Notes: generated by a model from the letters alone, not told the origin. Shown: positions 8,343 through 19,291, counted from the stretch's first letter. The stretch: 64,000 nucleotides of DNA from an uncultured Bacteroidota bacterium (GCA_937934705.1 CALGYY010000117.1:2277-66276); one strand, 5' to 3'. A program made the numbers and translations.

Positions 8343-9692
8343 ATGGCCAAAAACCGCCCATCAGCGAAAAGCGGCAGTAAAAAGATCTTTGTTCTTGACA
8401 CTTCCGTGATTCTCTATAATCATAACGCGATCCGCAGTTTCGACGAGAACGACATTGCGATCCCCATTACCGTCCTGGAAGAACTTGACAATTTCAAAAA
8501 AGGTAACGACATCAAGAATTTCGAAGCCCGTGAGTTCATCCGCATCATTGATAATCTGTCGCAGAATTACACCTTACAGGACTGGATACCGATCGACGGA
8601 CCGGAAAAGGGACGTTTTAAGGTGGTGATGCATGAGAAGAGCGATGTGGATGCGCGCAAGGTTTTCGGGGAGGATAAGCCCGACCACCGCATCCTGAATG
8701 CGACCCTGCAGTTGCAGCAGCAGAACCCCAATACCCAGGTGATCCTTGTCACCAAGGACATCAACCTTCGGCTAAAGGCCAAATCGCTGAGCATTCAGGC
8801 TGCAGATTTCGAAACGGGCAAAATCAAGGACATCGAATCCCTTTACACCGGAAAATCTCTGAAAGAAGGATTGTCAGGGGAGGTGATCGATAAAATATAC
8901 CAGGAAGGCGGATGCAGTCCGGAGGAGGTTGGCATTGAACACCCCATCCCCAATCACTATTTCATTCTGAAAAACACCAAGAGTTCGGCGCTCACTTACT
9001 ATAACGCGGCAACGAAAATGATCGAGCGCATTGAAAAACGTTCGGCCTACCGCATCAGTCCGAGAAATGCCGAACAGGTTTTTGCCCTTCACGCCATCAT
9101 GAATCCGGAAGTCAGACTGGTCACTATCTCAGGTGTGGCCGGAACGGGAAAAACACTGCTCACACTGGCCGGCGCTCTGGAACAGAAGCGCAACTTCAAG
9201 CAGATCTTTTTATCGCGCCCTATCGTCCCGCTGAGCAATAAGGATATCGGTTATCTGCCGGGCGATATCAAATCAAAGATCAACCCTTATATGGAGCCTT
9301 TGTTTGATAATCTGAAGATGATACAGAACCAGTATGATGAGAAGGACAAGGAATACAAAGCCATCACTGAGGCAGTTGAAAAGGAAAAACTGGTGATCAC
9401 CCCTTTGGCTTACATCCGCGGAAGGAGTTTATCCAATATTTTCTTCATTGTTGACGAGGCCCAGAACCTCACGCCTCATGAGGTGAAGACCATTATTACC
9501 CGGGCGGGTGAAGGCACCAAGATCGTATTTACCGGTGATATCTACCAGATTGATACGCCATATCTGGATTCAGAAAGTAACGGCTTATCTGTACTGATCG
9601 ACAAGATCAAGCATCATCCCATCTACGCGCACATCAGGCTGGAGAAGGGTGAGCGTTCGGAGCTGGCTAACCTTGCCGGCGAACTGCTCTGA
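8343..9692 (+). CDS. PhoH-family ATPase with an N-terminal PIN domain (YlaK-like)
   Basis: It has a PIN-like N-terminus (IFVLDTSVIL...PITVLEELD), a Walker A motif (GVAGTGKT) and a Walker B motif (FFIVDEAQN). Confidence 0.88.
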   Translation: MAKNRPSAKSGSKKIFVLDTSVILYNHNAIRSFDENDIAIPITVLEELDNFKKGNDIKNFEAREFIRIIDNLSQNYTLQDWIPIDGPEKGRFKVVMHEKSDVDARKVFGEDKPDHRILNATLQLQQQNPNTQVILVTKDINLRLKAKSLSIQAADFETGKIKDIESLYTGKSLKEGLSGEVIDKIYQEGGCSPEEVGIEHPIPNHYFILKNTKSSALTYYNAATKMIERIEKRSAYRISPRNAEQVFALHAIMNPEVRLVTISGVAGTGKTLLTLAGALEQKRNFKQIFLSRPIVPLSNKDIGYLPGDIKSKINPYMEPLFDNLKMIQNQYDEKDKEYKAITEAVEKEKLVITPLAYIRGRSLSNIFFIVDEAQNLTPHEVKTIITRAGEGTKIVFTGDIYQIDTPYLDSESNGLSVLIDKIKHHPIYAHIRLEKGERSELANLAGELL

Positions 9693-9698
9693 GAATGA

Positions 9699-10715
9699 TC
9701 AGGAAGCGGGAGCCCCTTCTTCAAATATAACCGTCAACACAGTCTGTCCTGTGGCTTTCAGGCTTTTAGGGTCCACATGGTCCATATTGTCCTGCGTGGT
9801 ATGCCAGTAACGAAAGAAACCTGTCGCCGAATTCGCTTCATAATGAATGATGTTGATGGTGGGGATGCCGGCGTATTTATTGACATACAGGTGATCGTCG
9901 TTGATGGTTCCGCCCTGGCTGTTCACGAAATAATTGCCGTAACCCGCACGGAACGCGGCGCTCCAAACTTTGCTCACGATGTCGGCAGCATATTGCAGGG
10001 AGAAACCTTCCTGTGCAAAATTGGCTGAAGGAACGCCCACCATATCGAGCAGTATGCCGTATCGTGCACTGTAGTTGACCACATGGGGATTTTTCGCCCA
10101 GTACTGTGAGCCAAGACCCCAGTTTTCCCCGCTGTACTGCCGGCGGTCCCACATGGGTTCACCGTAATCTTCTGCATCAAAAAAGACGATATCCACACCG
10201 ATCCCAGGGTCGTGGTTCTTCAATATACGGGCAATTTCGAGCAGCACCCCTACCCCGCTGGCTCCGTCGTTGGCCCCGTCAACAGGCTTTTTCCAATTGG
10301 CGCTGTCAGGATCATTGTCGCACCAGGGACGCGAATCCCAGTGAGAACAGAGTAAAACGCGCACAGCGGCTTCGGGTTCAATGGAACCAATGATATTTTT
10401 TGCATTCAGCACAGTCCCGTCAAAGGCACGAAGCCTGACTTCCTGGAGGCTTACCTTCCAACCATAAGATTTCAGCTTTGATTCAAGCCAAAGGCCGCAC
10501 TTCTTATGAGCCTCGCTGTTGGGAACTCTCGGCCCCATGTCGACCTGCATTTTTGTAAAAGCAAAAGCCGAGTCTTCGTTGAAATGAGGCACTTCGACCC
10601 TGATTTTAGGGAGGGTGTCGTTGGCCTCGCCGTTTTTCTTTCCGTTTGTTCCGTTGCCGCAAGCCAGCGCCAGTGCTATTGTGATCAATGACAGAATGAT
10701 CAAAGATTTTTTCAT
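9699..10715 (-). CDS. M28-family metallopeptidase-fold lipoprotein, glutaminyl-peptide cyclotransferase-like
   Basis: It has a lipobox (IALALAC). M28/QC metal-site pattern: LCSHWDS, DGASGVGVLLEIAR, VFFDAEDYG and HTTQDN. It is the size of the type II QCs described in Bacteroidota. Confidence 0.75.
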   Translation of the reverse strand: MKKSLIILSLITIALALACGNGTNGKKNGEANDTLPKIRVEVPHFNEDSAFAFTKMQVDMGPRVPNSEAHKKCGLWLESKLKSYGWKVSLQEVRLRAFDGTVLNAKNIIGSIEPEAAVRVLLCSHWDSRPWCDNDPDSANWKKPVDGANDGASGVGVLLEIARILKNHDPGIGVDIVFFDAEDYGEPMWDRRQYSGENWGLGSQYWAKNPHVVNYSARYGILLDMVGVPSANFAQEGFSLQYAADIVSKVWSAAFRAGYGNYFVNSQGGTINDDHLYVNKYAGIPTINIIHYEANSATGFFRYWHTTQDNMDHVDPKSLKATGQTVLTVIFEEGAPAS

Positions 10716-10794
10716 AGGCTGATCCTTTGCTGCAAAGTTAATGATTTTCCTGACAGCCCTGCATGTTCCGGACGATGCATTATTCCGTTTTGAC

Positions 10795-10802
10795 TATCTT
10801 TG
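10795..10802 (+). promoter_or_regulatory. candidate -7 promoter box (TATCTTTG) for valS
   Basis: It matches TAnnTTTG and lies 32 nt upstream of the ATG at 10834. A small hairpin (TTCCGGA/TCCGGGAA) lies between the box and the ATG. Confidence 0.4.
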
Positions 10803-10833
10803 CGCTTCCGGAAAAAATCCGGGAATTGATCCT

Positions 10834-13473
10834 ATGGAACTACCTGCCAAATATGAGCCTTCGAAGGCTGAAGCGAAATGGTACCGCTACTGGATGGAAA
10901 AGGGCTTCTTCTCCGCCTCACCTGATGAGCGGGAAGCTTACTGCATTGTGATTCCCCCGCCGAACGTGACGGGCGTACTCCACATGGGGCATATGCTGAA
11001 CAACACCCTGCAGGATGTGATGGTAAGGCGTGCGCGCATGCTGGGAAAGAACACCCTGTGGGTTCCCGGAACCGACCATGCGTCGATTGCCACAGAGGCC
11101 AAGGTGGTTGCCAAACTCAAAGAGGACGGCATCGACAAGAAGAAGATCAGCAGGGAAGAATTTCTGCGCCATGCCTGGGAGTGGAAAGAAAAACACGGGG
11201 GCATCATCCTCGAGCAACTGAAGAAACTGGGCGCATCCTGCGACTGGTCACGGACGCGCTTTACCATGGATGAAGCTTTATACGAAAGTGTGATCCATGT
11301 ATTTTGCGACCTCTATGAAAAGGGTCTGATCTACCGCGGAGTCCGCATGGTAAACTGGGATCCCAAAGCGCTGACCGCCGTTTCCGACGAGGAAGTCAAC
11401 CATAAGGAGGTTCGCTCTAAGCTGTATTACGTGCGTTATCGCATCGAAGGCAGTGAAGACGGGTGGATCACCATAGCCACCACGCGTCCCGAAACCATAC
11501 TGGGCGACACGGCTGTTTGCGTTCATCCGGCGGATGAGCGCTATACACAGCTCAGGGGAAAGCGCATCATCATCCCTCTGATCGGGCGTTCTGTTCCGCT
11601 GATCTTCGATGAATATGTAGACCGTGAGTTTGGAACAGGCGCTCTCAAGGTCACCCCTGCCCATGATATCAACGATTATAACCTGGGCATCAAGCACAAA
11701 CTGGAAAGCATTGATATTTTCAACGATAACGGCACCCTCAACGAAAAAGCCCTGATGTACGTAGGAGAAGACCGTTTTGTGGTCCGCAAAAAGATATCGA
11801 AGGAACTGGAAGCTCAGGGTCACCTGGTGAAAGTCGAAGAAATTACCAACAGCATCGGGTATTCGGAGCGTACAGATGAAGTGATTGAACCACGACTGTC
11901 GCTGCAGTGGTTCCTGCGTATGGAAGATATGGCCAAACCCGCGCTGGATGTGGTGATGAACGATACGGTGAAATTTCATCCGGCAAAGTTTAAGAACACC
12001 TACCGGCACTGGATGGAAAATGTGAGAGACTGGTGTATCTCCCGTCAGCTCTGGTGGGGACAGCGCATTCCGGCCTATTACCTGCCTGACGGGGATTTCG
12101 TGGTTGCGGCCAGTCCTGAAGAAGCCCTTGAAAAAGCACGGGACAAGAGTGCCAATCCGGCTCTGCAGGCATCTGATCTGCGCCAGGACGAAGACGTGCT
12201 GGATACCTGGTTTTCATCCTGGCTCTGGCCCATTTCGGTTTTTGATGGTATCCGTCATCCGGACAATAAAGATATCTGTTATTATTATCCCACCAGCGAC
12301 CTGGTGACCGCACCGGAGATTCTGTTTTTCTGGGTGGCGCGCATGATCATGGCCGGTCTGGAGTACCGCGGTGAGGTGCCTTTTAAGAATGTTTACCTCA
12401 CGGGGATTGTTCGTGACAAACAGGGCCGTAAGATGTCGAAATCTCTGGGCAACAGTCCCGACCCCATTGAACTGATGGAGAAATTCGGGGCCGACGGTGT
12501 ACGCGTCGGAATGCTGCTCTGTTCCCCGGCGGGTAATGACCTTCCCTTTGATGAAGCCCTTTGCGAACAGGGGCGGAATTTCAGCAACAAGATCTGGAAT
12601 GCTTTCAGGCTTGTCAAGGGCTGGGAAGTGGATGCGGCTGCCAGCCCCTCTGCCGCCTCGGAAACCGCTGTTCAGTGGTTTTCCGCCCGCTTCAGTTCAG
12701 AGCTGGAGATCATCAACGAACATTTTTCGCGCTACCGGATCTCTGAAGCCCTGATGGCTGTTTACAAGCTGATGTGGGACGATTTCTGTTCCTGGTATCT
12801 TGAAATGGTGAAACCACCTTTTCAGCAGCCCATCGACGCCATCACCCGCGATGCCACGATCCGTTTCTTTGAAGACCTGCTTAAGGTCCTCCATCCTTTC
12901 ATTCCCTTTATCACCGAAGAACTGTGGCAGTATCTGGCCGAAAGACAGGAGGGTGATTCCATTATGATCAGTCCCTGGCCCGAGAGCCGGACTTACGACA
13001 GGAACATTCTGGAGCAGTTCACATACGCGGCAGAAGTGATCTCTGCCATTCGCAATGTCCGCAAGGATAAGAACATCTCCCCGAAAGAACCGTTATTATT
13101 GATGATTCGCAAGAATAACAATGAAGCGGCGGATCTGACCTTTGATCCTGTAGCGCTGAAACTGGCCAATCTTTCCGGGATTTCCTACGTACCGGAAAAA
13201 CCGGAGAACGTCATCACCTTTATTACCAAATCAACAGAGTTCTACATCCCTGTGGCAGGAAGTGTGGATCAGGAAGCTGAGGTCGCCGCACTGGAAAAAG
13301 AACTGGAATACCTGCGGGGCTTTATGGGATCGGTGATGAAAAAACTCGGCAATGAGAATTTCGTCCGCAATGCCAAAGCTGAAGTAGTTGAAACAGAGCG
13401 AAGGAAACAAGCTGACGCCGAGGCCAAGATCAGGGTCATTGAAGAGCAACTGAAGGGTCTTAAAGGCCTTTGA
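10834..13473 (+). CDS. valS: valine--tRNA ligase
   Basis: Motifs [13 protein letters not shown] (HIGH-type) and KMSKS are present, with a C-terminal coiled coil. I chose the start at MELPAKYEP, because the 31 upstream codons of ORF 10741 overlap the promoter box. Confidence 0.95.
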   Translation: MELPAKYEPSKAEAKWYRYWMEKGFFSASPDEREAYCIVIPPPNVTGVLHMGHMLNNTLQDVMVRRARMLGKNTLWVPGTDHASIATEAKVVAKLKEDGIDKKKISREEFLRHAWEWKEKHGGIILEQLKKLGASCDWSRTRFTMDEALYESVIHVFCDLYEKGLIYRGVRMVNWDPKALTAVSDEEVNHKEVRSKLYYVRYRIEGSEDGWITIATTRPETILGDTAVCVHPADERYTQLRGKRIIIPLIGRSVPLIFDEYVDREFGTGALKVTPAHDINDYNLGIKHKLESIDIFNDNGTLNEKALMYVGEDRFVVRKKISKELEAQGHLVKVEEITNSIGYSERTDEVIEPRLSLQWFLRMEDMAKPALDVVMNDTVKFHPAKFKNTYRHWMENVRDWCISRQLWWGQRIPAYYLPDGDFVVAASPEEALEKARDKSANPALQASDLRQDEDVLDTWFSSWLWPISVFDGIRHPDNKDICYYYPTSDLVTAPEILFFWVARMIMAGLEYRGEVPFKNVYLTGIVRDKQGRKMSKSLGNSPDPIELMEKFGADGVRVGMLLCSPAGNDLPFDEALCEQGRNFSNKIWNAFRLVKGWEVDAAASPSAASETAVQWFSARFSSELEIINEHFSRYRISEALMAVYKLMWDDFCSWYLEMVKPPFQQPIDAITRDATIRFFEDLLKVLHPFIPFITEELWQYLAERQEGDSIMISPWPESRTYDRNILEQFTYAAEVISAIRNVRKDKNISPKEPLLLMIRKNNNEAADLTFDPVALKLANLSGISYVPEKPENVITFITKSTEFYIPVAGSVDQEAEVAALEKELEYLRGFMGSVMKKLGNENFVRNAKAEVVETERRKQADAEAKIRVIEEQLKGLKGL

Positions 13474-13532
13474 TCCGGCACATTCCTCTGACTGCGACAC
13501 GCCGGTTACGGTAAAATGCGTAATTTTACATC

Positions 13533-13862
13533 ATGAAGGCTTCCTCTGCTCATACCAGCATCCGGAAACACCGGTACTCCGTAATTTGGATCGCTCTTGT
13601 GTTTCTTCTTTCTGCGCTATGGATTGCGGCCTGCGGAGTTCCGAAAACCACTTCCTGTCCGAATTGCATGAATGCCAAGCCCGTTTATTATAACAAAGAA
13701 AAAGCGCGGGATGCGCGGCGTGCGGTGCGGCACGCCGGAAGTCACAGCGCCATTGGCGGTCAGACCCTGCCGGAGCCCATCGGGAACGATCACAGGAAAG
13801 CAAGGCCTAAAAAGAATAAGGGTGCCGGCGGGAACATACTGGAGAATGAACCTATTTTATAG
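13533..13862 (+). CDS. hypothetical small lipoprotein with a basic C-terminus
   Basis: It has a lipobox (ALWIAAC). There is no family match. A mirror ORF on the opposite strand makes the coding call uncertain. Confidence 0.4.
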   Translation: MKASSAHTSIRKHRYSVIWIALVFLLSALWIAACGVPKTTSCPNCMNAKPVYYNKEKARDARRAVRHAGSHSAIGGQTLPEPIGNDHRKARPKKNKGAGGNILENEPIL

Positions 13863-13879
13863 ATATAATATTATATATT

Positions 13880-15271
13880 ATGGAATTTGATGTTATCGTT
13901 ATCGGAAGCGGCCCGGGAGGTTATGTGGCCGCCATCAGGGCTTCACAGCTCGGCATGAAAACGGCCGTGGTTGAAAAAGCAGAGGCCGGCGGAATTTGTC
14001 TGAACTGGGGATGCATTCCCACCAAGGCTCTGCTGAAGTCCGCGCAGGTCTTTAATTACATGAAACATCCGGCCGATTACGGACTGCAGCTTGAAGGCAG
14101 TGTGAAGCCAGACTTTACAGCTATCGTAGAGCGTTCACGCGGAGTGGCCGCGCAGATGAGCAAGGGTGTTCAGTTTCTGCTCGATAAGAACAAAATTGAA
14201 ATGCTGAGGGGACACGGAAAAGTGAAACCCGGCCGCAAGGTTGAGGTGACGGACACTGAGGGGACTGTGACTGAATACAGTGCTAAACATATTATCCTGG
14301 CCACGGGTGCCCGTTCCCGGGTATTGCCTAATCTGCCGCAGGACGGAAAAAAGATCATCGGTTACCGTGAAGCCATGACGCTTCCCGCACAGCCGGAATC
14401 CATGGTGGTGGTTGGCTCCGGAGCCATCGGTTCAGAATTCGCATTTTTCTATCACTCCATAGGAACCCGGGTAACCCTGGTTGAGCTTTTACCCAATCTT
14501 CTGCCCCTGGAGGATGAGGATTCATCAAAACAGATTGAGCGTTCCTTTAAGAAAGCCGGCATGAAGGTGATGACCAATGCATCCGTGGAATCGGTCGACA
14601 CTTCAGGTGAACAATGCCTGGTAAAAATCAAAACACAGAAAGGGGAAGAGATCATCAGCTGTGATGTCGTCCTTTCTGCGGTTGGGATCGCTCCGAACAC
14701 GGAAGGAATCGGCCTGGAAGAATGCGGCATAGTCACAGAAAAAGGTAAAGTTGTAGTGGATGAGTTCTACCGGACGAATCAGGAAGGTTACTACGCCATT
14801 GGCGACATCGTTCACGGCCCGGCTCTTGCGCATGTGGCTTCTCATGAAGCCCTCGTATGCGTGGAGAAGCTGGCCGGCAAGGAAACGGAAGCCCTGGATT
14901 ACGGGAATATCCCCTCCTGCACTTACACTACACCGGAAGTCGCCTCGGTGGGATTGAGTGAGAAAGCAGCGAAAGAAGCGGGTTACGAGATCAAAGTCGG
15001 AAAATTCCCCTTCACTGCATCCGGCAAGGCCACTGCTTCAGGGGCCAGGGATGGTTTTGTAAAAGTCATTTTCGATGCCAGATATGGACAGTGGCTGGGT
15101 GCGCACCTGGTAGGAGAAAATGTCACCGAGATGATCGCGGAAGTTGTGGTGGCTAGGAAACTGGAGACCACCGGACATGAGATCATCCGTTCGGTGCATC
15201 CCCACCCGACCCTGTCGGAAGCGATCATGGAGGCCGTTGCAGCGGCTTACGGAGAAGTCATACACCTTTAA
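13880..15271 (+). CDS. lpdA: dihydrolipoyl dehydrogenase
   Basis: It has the FAD motif GSGPGGYVAA, the redox-active disulfide CLNWGCIPTK, and the C-terminal HPHPTLSE. Confidence 0.93.
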   Translation: MEFDVIVIGSGPGGYVAAIRASQLGMKTAVVEKAEAGGICLNWGCIPTKALLKSAQVFNYMKHPADYGLQLEGSVKPDFTAIVERSRGVAAQMSKGVQFLLDKNKIEMLRGHGKVKPGRKVEVTDTEGTVTEYSAKHIILATGARSRVLPNLPQDGKKIIGYREAMTLPAQPESMVVVGSGAIGSEFAFFYHSIGTRVTLVELLPNLLPLEDEDSSKQIERSFKKAGMKVMTNASVESVDTSGEQCLVKIKTQKGEEIISCDVVLSAVGIAPNTEGIGLEECGIVTEKGKVVVDEFYRTNQEGYYAIGDIVHGPALAHVASHEALVCVEKLAGKETEALDYGNIPSCTYTTPEVASVGLSEKAAKEAGYEIKVGKFPFTASGKATASGARDGFVKVIFDARYGQWLGAHLVGENVTEMIAEVVVARKLETTGHEIIRSVHPHPTLSEAIMEAVAAAYGEVIHL

Positions 15272-15282
15272 TCCCTGATCAC

Positions 15283-17169
15283 ATGTGCGGCATTGCCGGA
15301 GGAATGTCATTCAGCGACAAAGGGGCGCATAAGCTCGACCTGCTGCCGGCCGCCGTCCAAAGCCTGCATCTCAGGGGACCAGACCAGAGCGGTGTTTTCC
15401 GACGGCCACACGCTGCTTTAGGACAGAGCCGCCTCTCGGTCATTGATCTGAGTGATGCCGCCGCACAGCCGTTTACAGACGTCAGTGGTCGCTATACACT
15501 TGTCTTTAACGGTGAAATATATAACTACAGGGAGATACGCCGGGAACTGACACAGAAAGGCATTCGTTTCCGTTCAGAAAGCGATACTGAAGTTCTCCTG
15601 TATGCCTATATCGTTTATGGGCCTGCATTCGTGAACCGCTTGAACGGCTTTTTTGCATTCTGCATTTTTGACGAAGCGGAAAACAGCTTATTTCTTGCCC
15701 GTGACCGCATGGGGATCAAACCCTTATATTATTATCACGATAATGATGTTTTTCTTTTTGCCTCGGAGATGAAAGCGCTGGTGGCGATGGGCATTCCCCG
15801 TGAACCGGATACGGAATCCATCTTCGCCTACCTGCAGTTGAATTACATTCCCGGTCCTGCAAGCATTTTCAAAGGGGTTCAGAAAGCAGAACCGGGACAT
15901 ACACTGCGGGTTAAAAAGGGGGCGGCTTCCCATGAATGTTTTTATTCCATCCCTTACAACCCCAAAGGAATTTGCGGTGATTCATATGAGACCGCCTGCG
16001 GGCGCATCCGAGAATTGATGGACACGGCGGTTCAAAGGCGCCTGGTGGCAGACGTCCCCCTGGGGACCTTTCTCAGCGGAGGGATTGACTCAAGCATCAT
16101 CACGGGGCTTGCGGCCCGTCACAAGCCGGGACTGAAAACTTTCAGCATTGGTTTTCCCGACGAACCCCTTTTTGATGAAACCCGGCATGCGGAAACCATC
16201 GCCCGTCTGCACCGCACCGACCACCAGTCCATCCGCCTCAGCAGCGGGGATCTCCTGGGTGTTTTACCACGTGTTCTTGATTACATTGATGAGCCCTTTG
16301 CGGATTCTTCCGCTTTGGCCGTATACCTGCTCAGCCGGGAAACCCGCAGGCAGGTTACCGTGGCCTTATCGGGTGACGGAGCAGATGAGCTTTACGGTGG
16401 CTATATCAAACACATGGCGGAATGCCGGATGAGAAATCCCGGAATGAAAGAAAAGCTGGTGAAGGCGGGCGGAGGTCTTTGGGCATTTCTTCCGAAAAGC
16501 CGCAATAGTTTTGCCGGCAACCGCATCCGGCAGTTGCACCGCTTTGCGGAGGCCGCCGGGCTCCCTGAGGGAGAACGCTACTGGCGCCTGGCATCCATCA
16601 GCAGTGAAGGGGAAGCAGCATCACTCCTGAGTGTAGCATACAGACAGGAGATCTTCAACGCGAGAAAACAGGAATGGCTGAGGAATATCAGCACCGGAGG
16701 AGACCTGAATGAAGTGCTGCTGACGGACATGCAAGTGGTTTTGCGAAACGATATGCTGGTGAAAGTGGATCTGATGTCGATGGCCAATTCACTGGAAGTC
16801 AGGGTACCCTTCCTTGATCATGAGCATGTGAATTATGTTTTTTCCCTGCCCTGGTTTTACAAAGCCGGGACTTCATACCGAAAAAAGATACTAAAGGATG
16901 CCTTCAGGGAAATGTTGCCGGATGAGATTTTCAGACGCAACAAGCATGGATTTGAAGTACCTTTGCTGAAATGGTTCAGGACTGAACTTGACGGTAAAAT
17001 TCGCGGCGAATGGCTTTCGGCGGAACGGATCCGGGCGCAGGGCATCTTTGATGAAGCGGCGGTATCGGCACTGATCCGGAAACTTCATTCTTCCGATCCC
17101 GGTGATTCAGCGGCCAGGGTGTGGGCATTGATCGTTTTTCAGAACTGGTGGACAAAATACATGGAATAG
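15283..17169 (+). CDS. asnB: asparagine synthase (glutamine-hydrolysing), EPS-cluster type
   Basis: It has an N-terminal nucleophile MCGIAG and the PP-loop SGGIDSS. It is 628 aa long. Confidence 0.88.
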   Translation: MCGIAGGMSFSDKGAHKLDLLPAAVQSLHLRGPDQSGVFRRPHAALGQSRLSVIDLSDAAAQPFTDVSGRYTLVFNGEIYNYREIRRELTQKGIRFRSESDTEVLLYAYIVYGPAFVNRLNGFFAFCIFDEAENSLFLARDRMGIKPLYYYHDNDVFLFASEMKALVAMGIPREPDTESIFAYLQLNYIPGPASIFKGVQKAEPGHTLRVKKGAASHECFYSIPYNPKGICGDSYETACGRIRELMDTAVQRRLVADVPLGTFLSGGIDSSIITGLAARHKPGLKTFSIGFPDEPLFDETRHAETIARLHRTDHQSIRLSSGDLLGVLPRVLDYIDEPFADSSALAVYLLSRETRRQVTVALSGDGADELYGGYIKHMAECRMRNPGMKEKLVKAGGGLWAFLPKSRNSFAGNRIRQLHRFAEAAGLPEGERYWRLASISSEGEAASLLSVAYRQEIFNARKQEWLRNISTGGDLNEVLLTDMQVVLRNDMLVKVDLMSMANSLEVRVPFLDHEHVNYVFSLPWFYKAGTSYRKKILKDAFREMLPDEIFRRNKHGFEVPLLKWFRTELDGKIRGEWLSAERIRAQGIFDEAAVSALIRKLHSSDPGDSAARVWALIVFQNWWTKYME

Positions 17170-17172
17170 AAC

Positions 17173-18366
17173 ATGCCGAAAGTACTCAGGATCATCAACC
17201 GCTTTAATCTGGGCGGACCTGCATACAACGCTTCGTATCTTACGCGTTATATGGCGCCTGAGTTCGAAACACTCCTGGTAGGAGGCAAGAACGATGAGAA
17301 TGAAGCCAATTCCCAATATATCCCTGAAAGTCTGGGATTGAAACCGCTCATCATTCCAGAGATGCAGCGATCCATCAGTCCGTCGCGTGACATGAAGGCG
17401 TACCGGAAGATCAAAGATCTGATCCGGGATTTCAGGCCGGACATTGTTCACACCCATGCCTCAAAGGCCGGCGCCCTGGGCCGGCGGGCCGCCGCGTCGC
17501 TGAATGTTCCTGTGATCGTGCATACGTTTCACGGGCACGTTTTCGACGCCTATTTCAACGGTCTGAAATCCTCCATTTACAAACGGATTGAAAGGAGTCT
17601 GGCCAGGAAAAGCAGTGCTATTGTTGCGCTCAGTGAAATCCAGAAACACGATCTGGTGAGCCGCCACCGGATCTGCCAGGAAGAATTGGTACACATTATT
17701 CCTCTGGGCTTTGACCTTAGCCGTTTCCGCGAAAATAACGGATTGAAGAGAATAGCTTTCCGGGAAAAATACGGAATCCGGGAAGATGAGATGGCTATAG
17801 GTATTGTGGGTCGCATCGTCCCCATTAAGAACCACGCGCTTTTCCTGCATGCCCTGCACTACCTCCTGCGGCATAGCAGCAGAAAAATAAGGGCGTTTAT
17901 CGTGGGCGACGGCGAAAGCAGGGCGGCCACGGAAGCACTGGCCCGGGAACTGGGAATCGATTACTCAGATGCGACCGCGGAGAAACGGAGTACCACACTC
18001 ACCTTTACCTCATGGCTTAAAGATATCGACGAAGTGAATGCAGGGATGGATATCATTGCACTCAGTTCGCTGAATGAAGGCACCCCTGTCAGCCTGATCG
18101 AAGCACAGGCTTCCGGCAAACCGATTGTCACCACCCGTGTCGGCGGCATCGGAAACATCGTGATCCCGGGAGAAACCGCCCTGCTCTCCGATCCCCATGA
18201 TGCAGAGGAATTCGGACGGCATCTGCTGACCCTGACCGAAGATGAGACCCTGAGAAAGTCATTCGCTGAAAAAGGATGGCCTTTCGTGGAGTCCCGCTTC
18301 CATTATACAAGACTGGTCAGAGATATGAGAGAACTCTACTTTCGTCTGCTGGAGGACCATCAGTAA
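17173..18366 (+). CDS. glycosyltransferase family 4 (GT-B fold)
   Basis: It has the EX7E region EGTPVSLIEAQASGKPIV and is 397 aa long. Confidence 0.85.
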   Translation: MPKVLRIINRFNLGGPAYNASYLTRYMAPEFETLLVGGKNDENEANSQYIPESLGLKPLIIPEMQRSISPSRDMKAYRKIKDLIRDFRPDIVHTHASKAGALGRRAAASLNVPVIVHTFHGHVFDAYFNGLKSSIYKRIERSLARKSSAIVALSEIQKHDLVSRHRICQEELVHIIPLGFDLSRFRENNGLKRIAFREKYGIREDEMAIGIVGRIVPIKNHALFLHALHYLLRHSSRKIRAFIVGDGESRAATEALARELGIDYSDATAEKRSTTLTFTSWLKDIDEVNAGMDIIALSSLNEGTPVSLIEAQASGKPIVTTRVGGIGNIVIPGETALLSDPHDAEEFGRHLLTLTEDETLRKSFAEKGWPFVESRFHYTRLVRDMRELYFRLLEDHQ

Positions 18367-18550
18367 ATAAGCTTGTGGACCGGACCCTGTTTTTTCCGTC
18401 TTCTTCGAAAACAATTTTTTCATCTGTTTGAAAGAAAATCAGATTTTTTTTATTTACTTTGCAACACAAAGTACTTTTTGACGTAAAATGAAAAAAAAAG
18501 CCTTCAGTGAAGGATTGAAAACGTAATTTTGTCATTAAGCGATTGAAGAT

Positions 18551-19291
18551 ATGAAGCGAACCTGCCTGCTGCTGTTACTGGCCCTTCTGGCATCCTGCCG
18601 GGCCATGAACCCCTCCCAGATGCTCAGAAGCGATTCAGGGGATCAGCTCCTGCATTACCCTGATTCCATCAGGGACGAATACCGCATAGCGCCTGATGAT
18701 GTGATCAGTTTTATTGTATTGCCTAACAAGGGTGAGCGGGTGGTCAGCGGATTGAGTGAGCCTGCCACGGGTTCCACTCAACCGAATGAAAAATCAGGTC
18801 TGGCTTATGTAGTTGAGTCCGACGGGACCGTGAAACTGCCCATGCTGGGTTTTGTAAAATTCGGCGGCCTTAACCGGCGCGAAGCAGAGGCCATGCTTGA
18901 GGCGCGTTATGCTGATTACATCAACGATCCCTATGTAAAGCTGTCCGTTGACAACCGTAGGGTCTTTGTTTTCACCGGATCAGGGGCCAGCGTGGTTAAG
19001 CTGGAAAACCAGAACACGACGCTCTTTGAGGTCCTGGCACAGGCGGGTGGCACACAGGAATCCAAGGCGCACAAGATCAAACTTATACGGGATGAGGGCG
19101 GAGAACCAAAAGTCTATCTGATTGACCTGAGCCGGGTAGACAACATCAGTCAGGGCAATATCGTGCTGCAGTCAAACGACGTGGTTTATATTACTCCCCG
19201 TGACCGGGTACCCGAGCGCATTATTGCCATCATCACACCTTATCTTTCACTGCTGGCAACGGCATTTGCCGCTATTGCCCTCTTTAAATAG
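18551..19291 (+). CDS. wza: polysaccharide export protein (Wza-like, Poly_export + SLBB)
   Basis: It has a lipobox (LLASC). YRIAPDDVISF and DGTVKLPMLGFVKFGGLNRREAEAML match the Poly_export pattern. Confidence 0.85.
   Translation: MKRTCLLLLLALLASCRAMNPSQMLRSDSGDQLLHYPDSIRDEYRIAPDDVISFIVLPNKGERVVSGLSEPATGSTQPNEKSGLAYVVESDGTVKLPMLGFVKFGGLNRREAEAMLEARYADYINDPYVKLSVDNRRVFVFTGSGASVVKLENQNTTLFEVLAQAGGTQESKAHKIKLIRDEGGEPKVYLIDLSRVDNISQGNIVLQSNDVVYITPRDRVPERIIAIITPYLSLLATAFAAIALFK

Noticed and set aside
10741-10833. The ORF track gives N-terminal extensions for valS from 10741, wzc from 19200, rfbC from 21571, retropepsin from 28011, coaD from 59003, purM from 40831 and the HTH gene from 3457.
   Set aside because: The extensions overlap upstream genes, promoters or terminators and add residues that do not look homologous. 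Internal Met codons give canonical N-termini, for example [26 protein letters not shown] and MTRIAVFPGSFDP.
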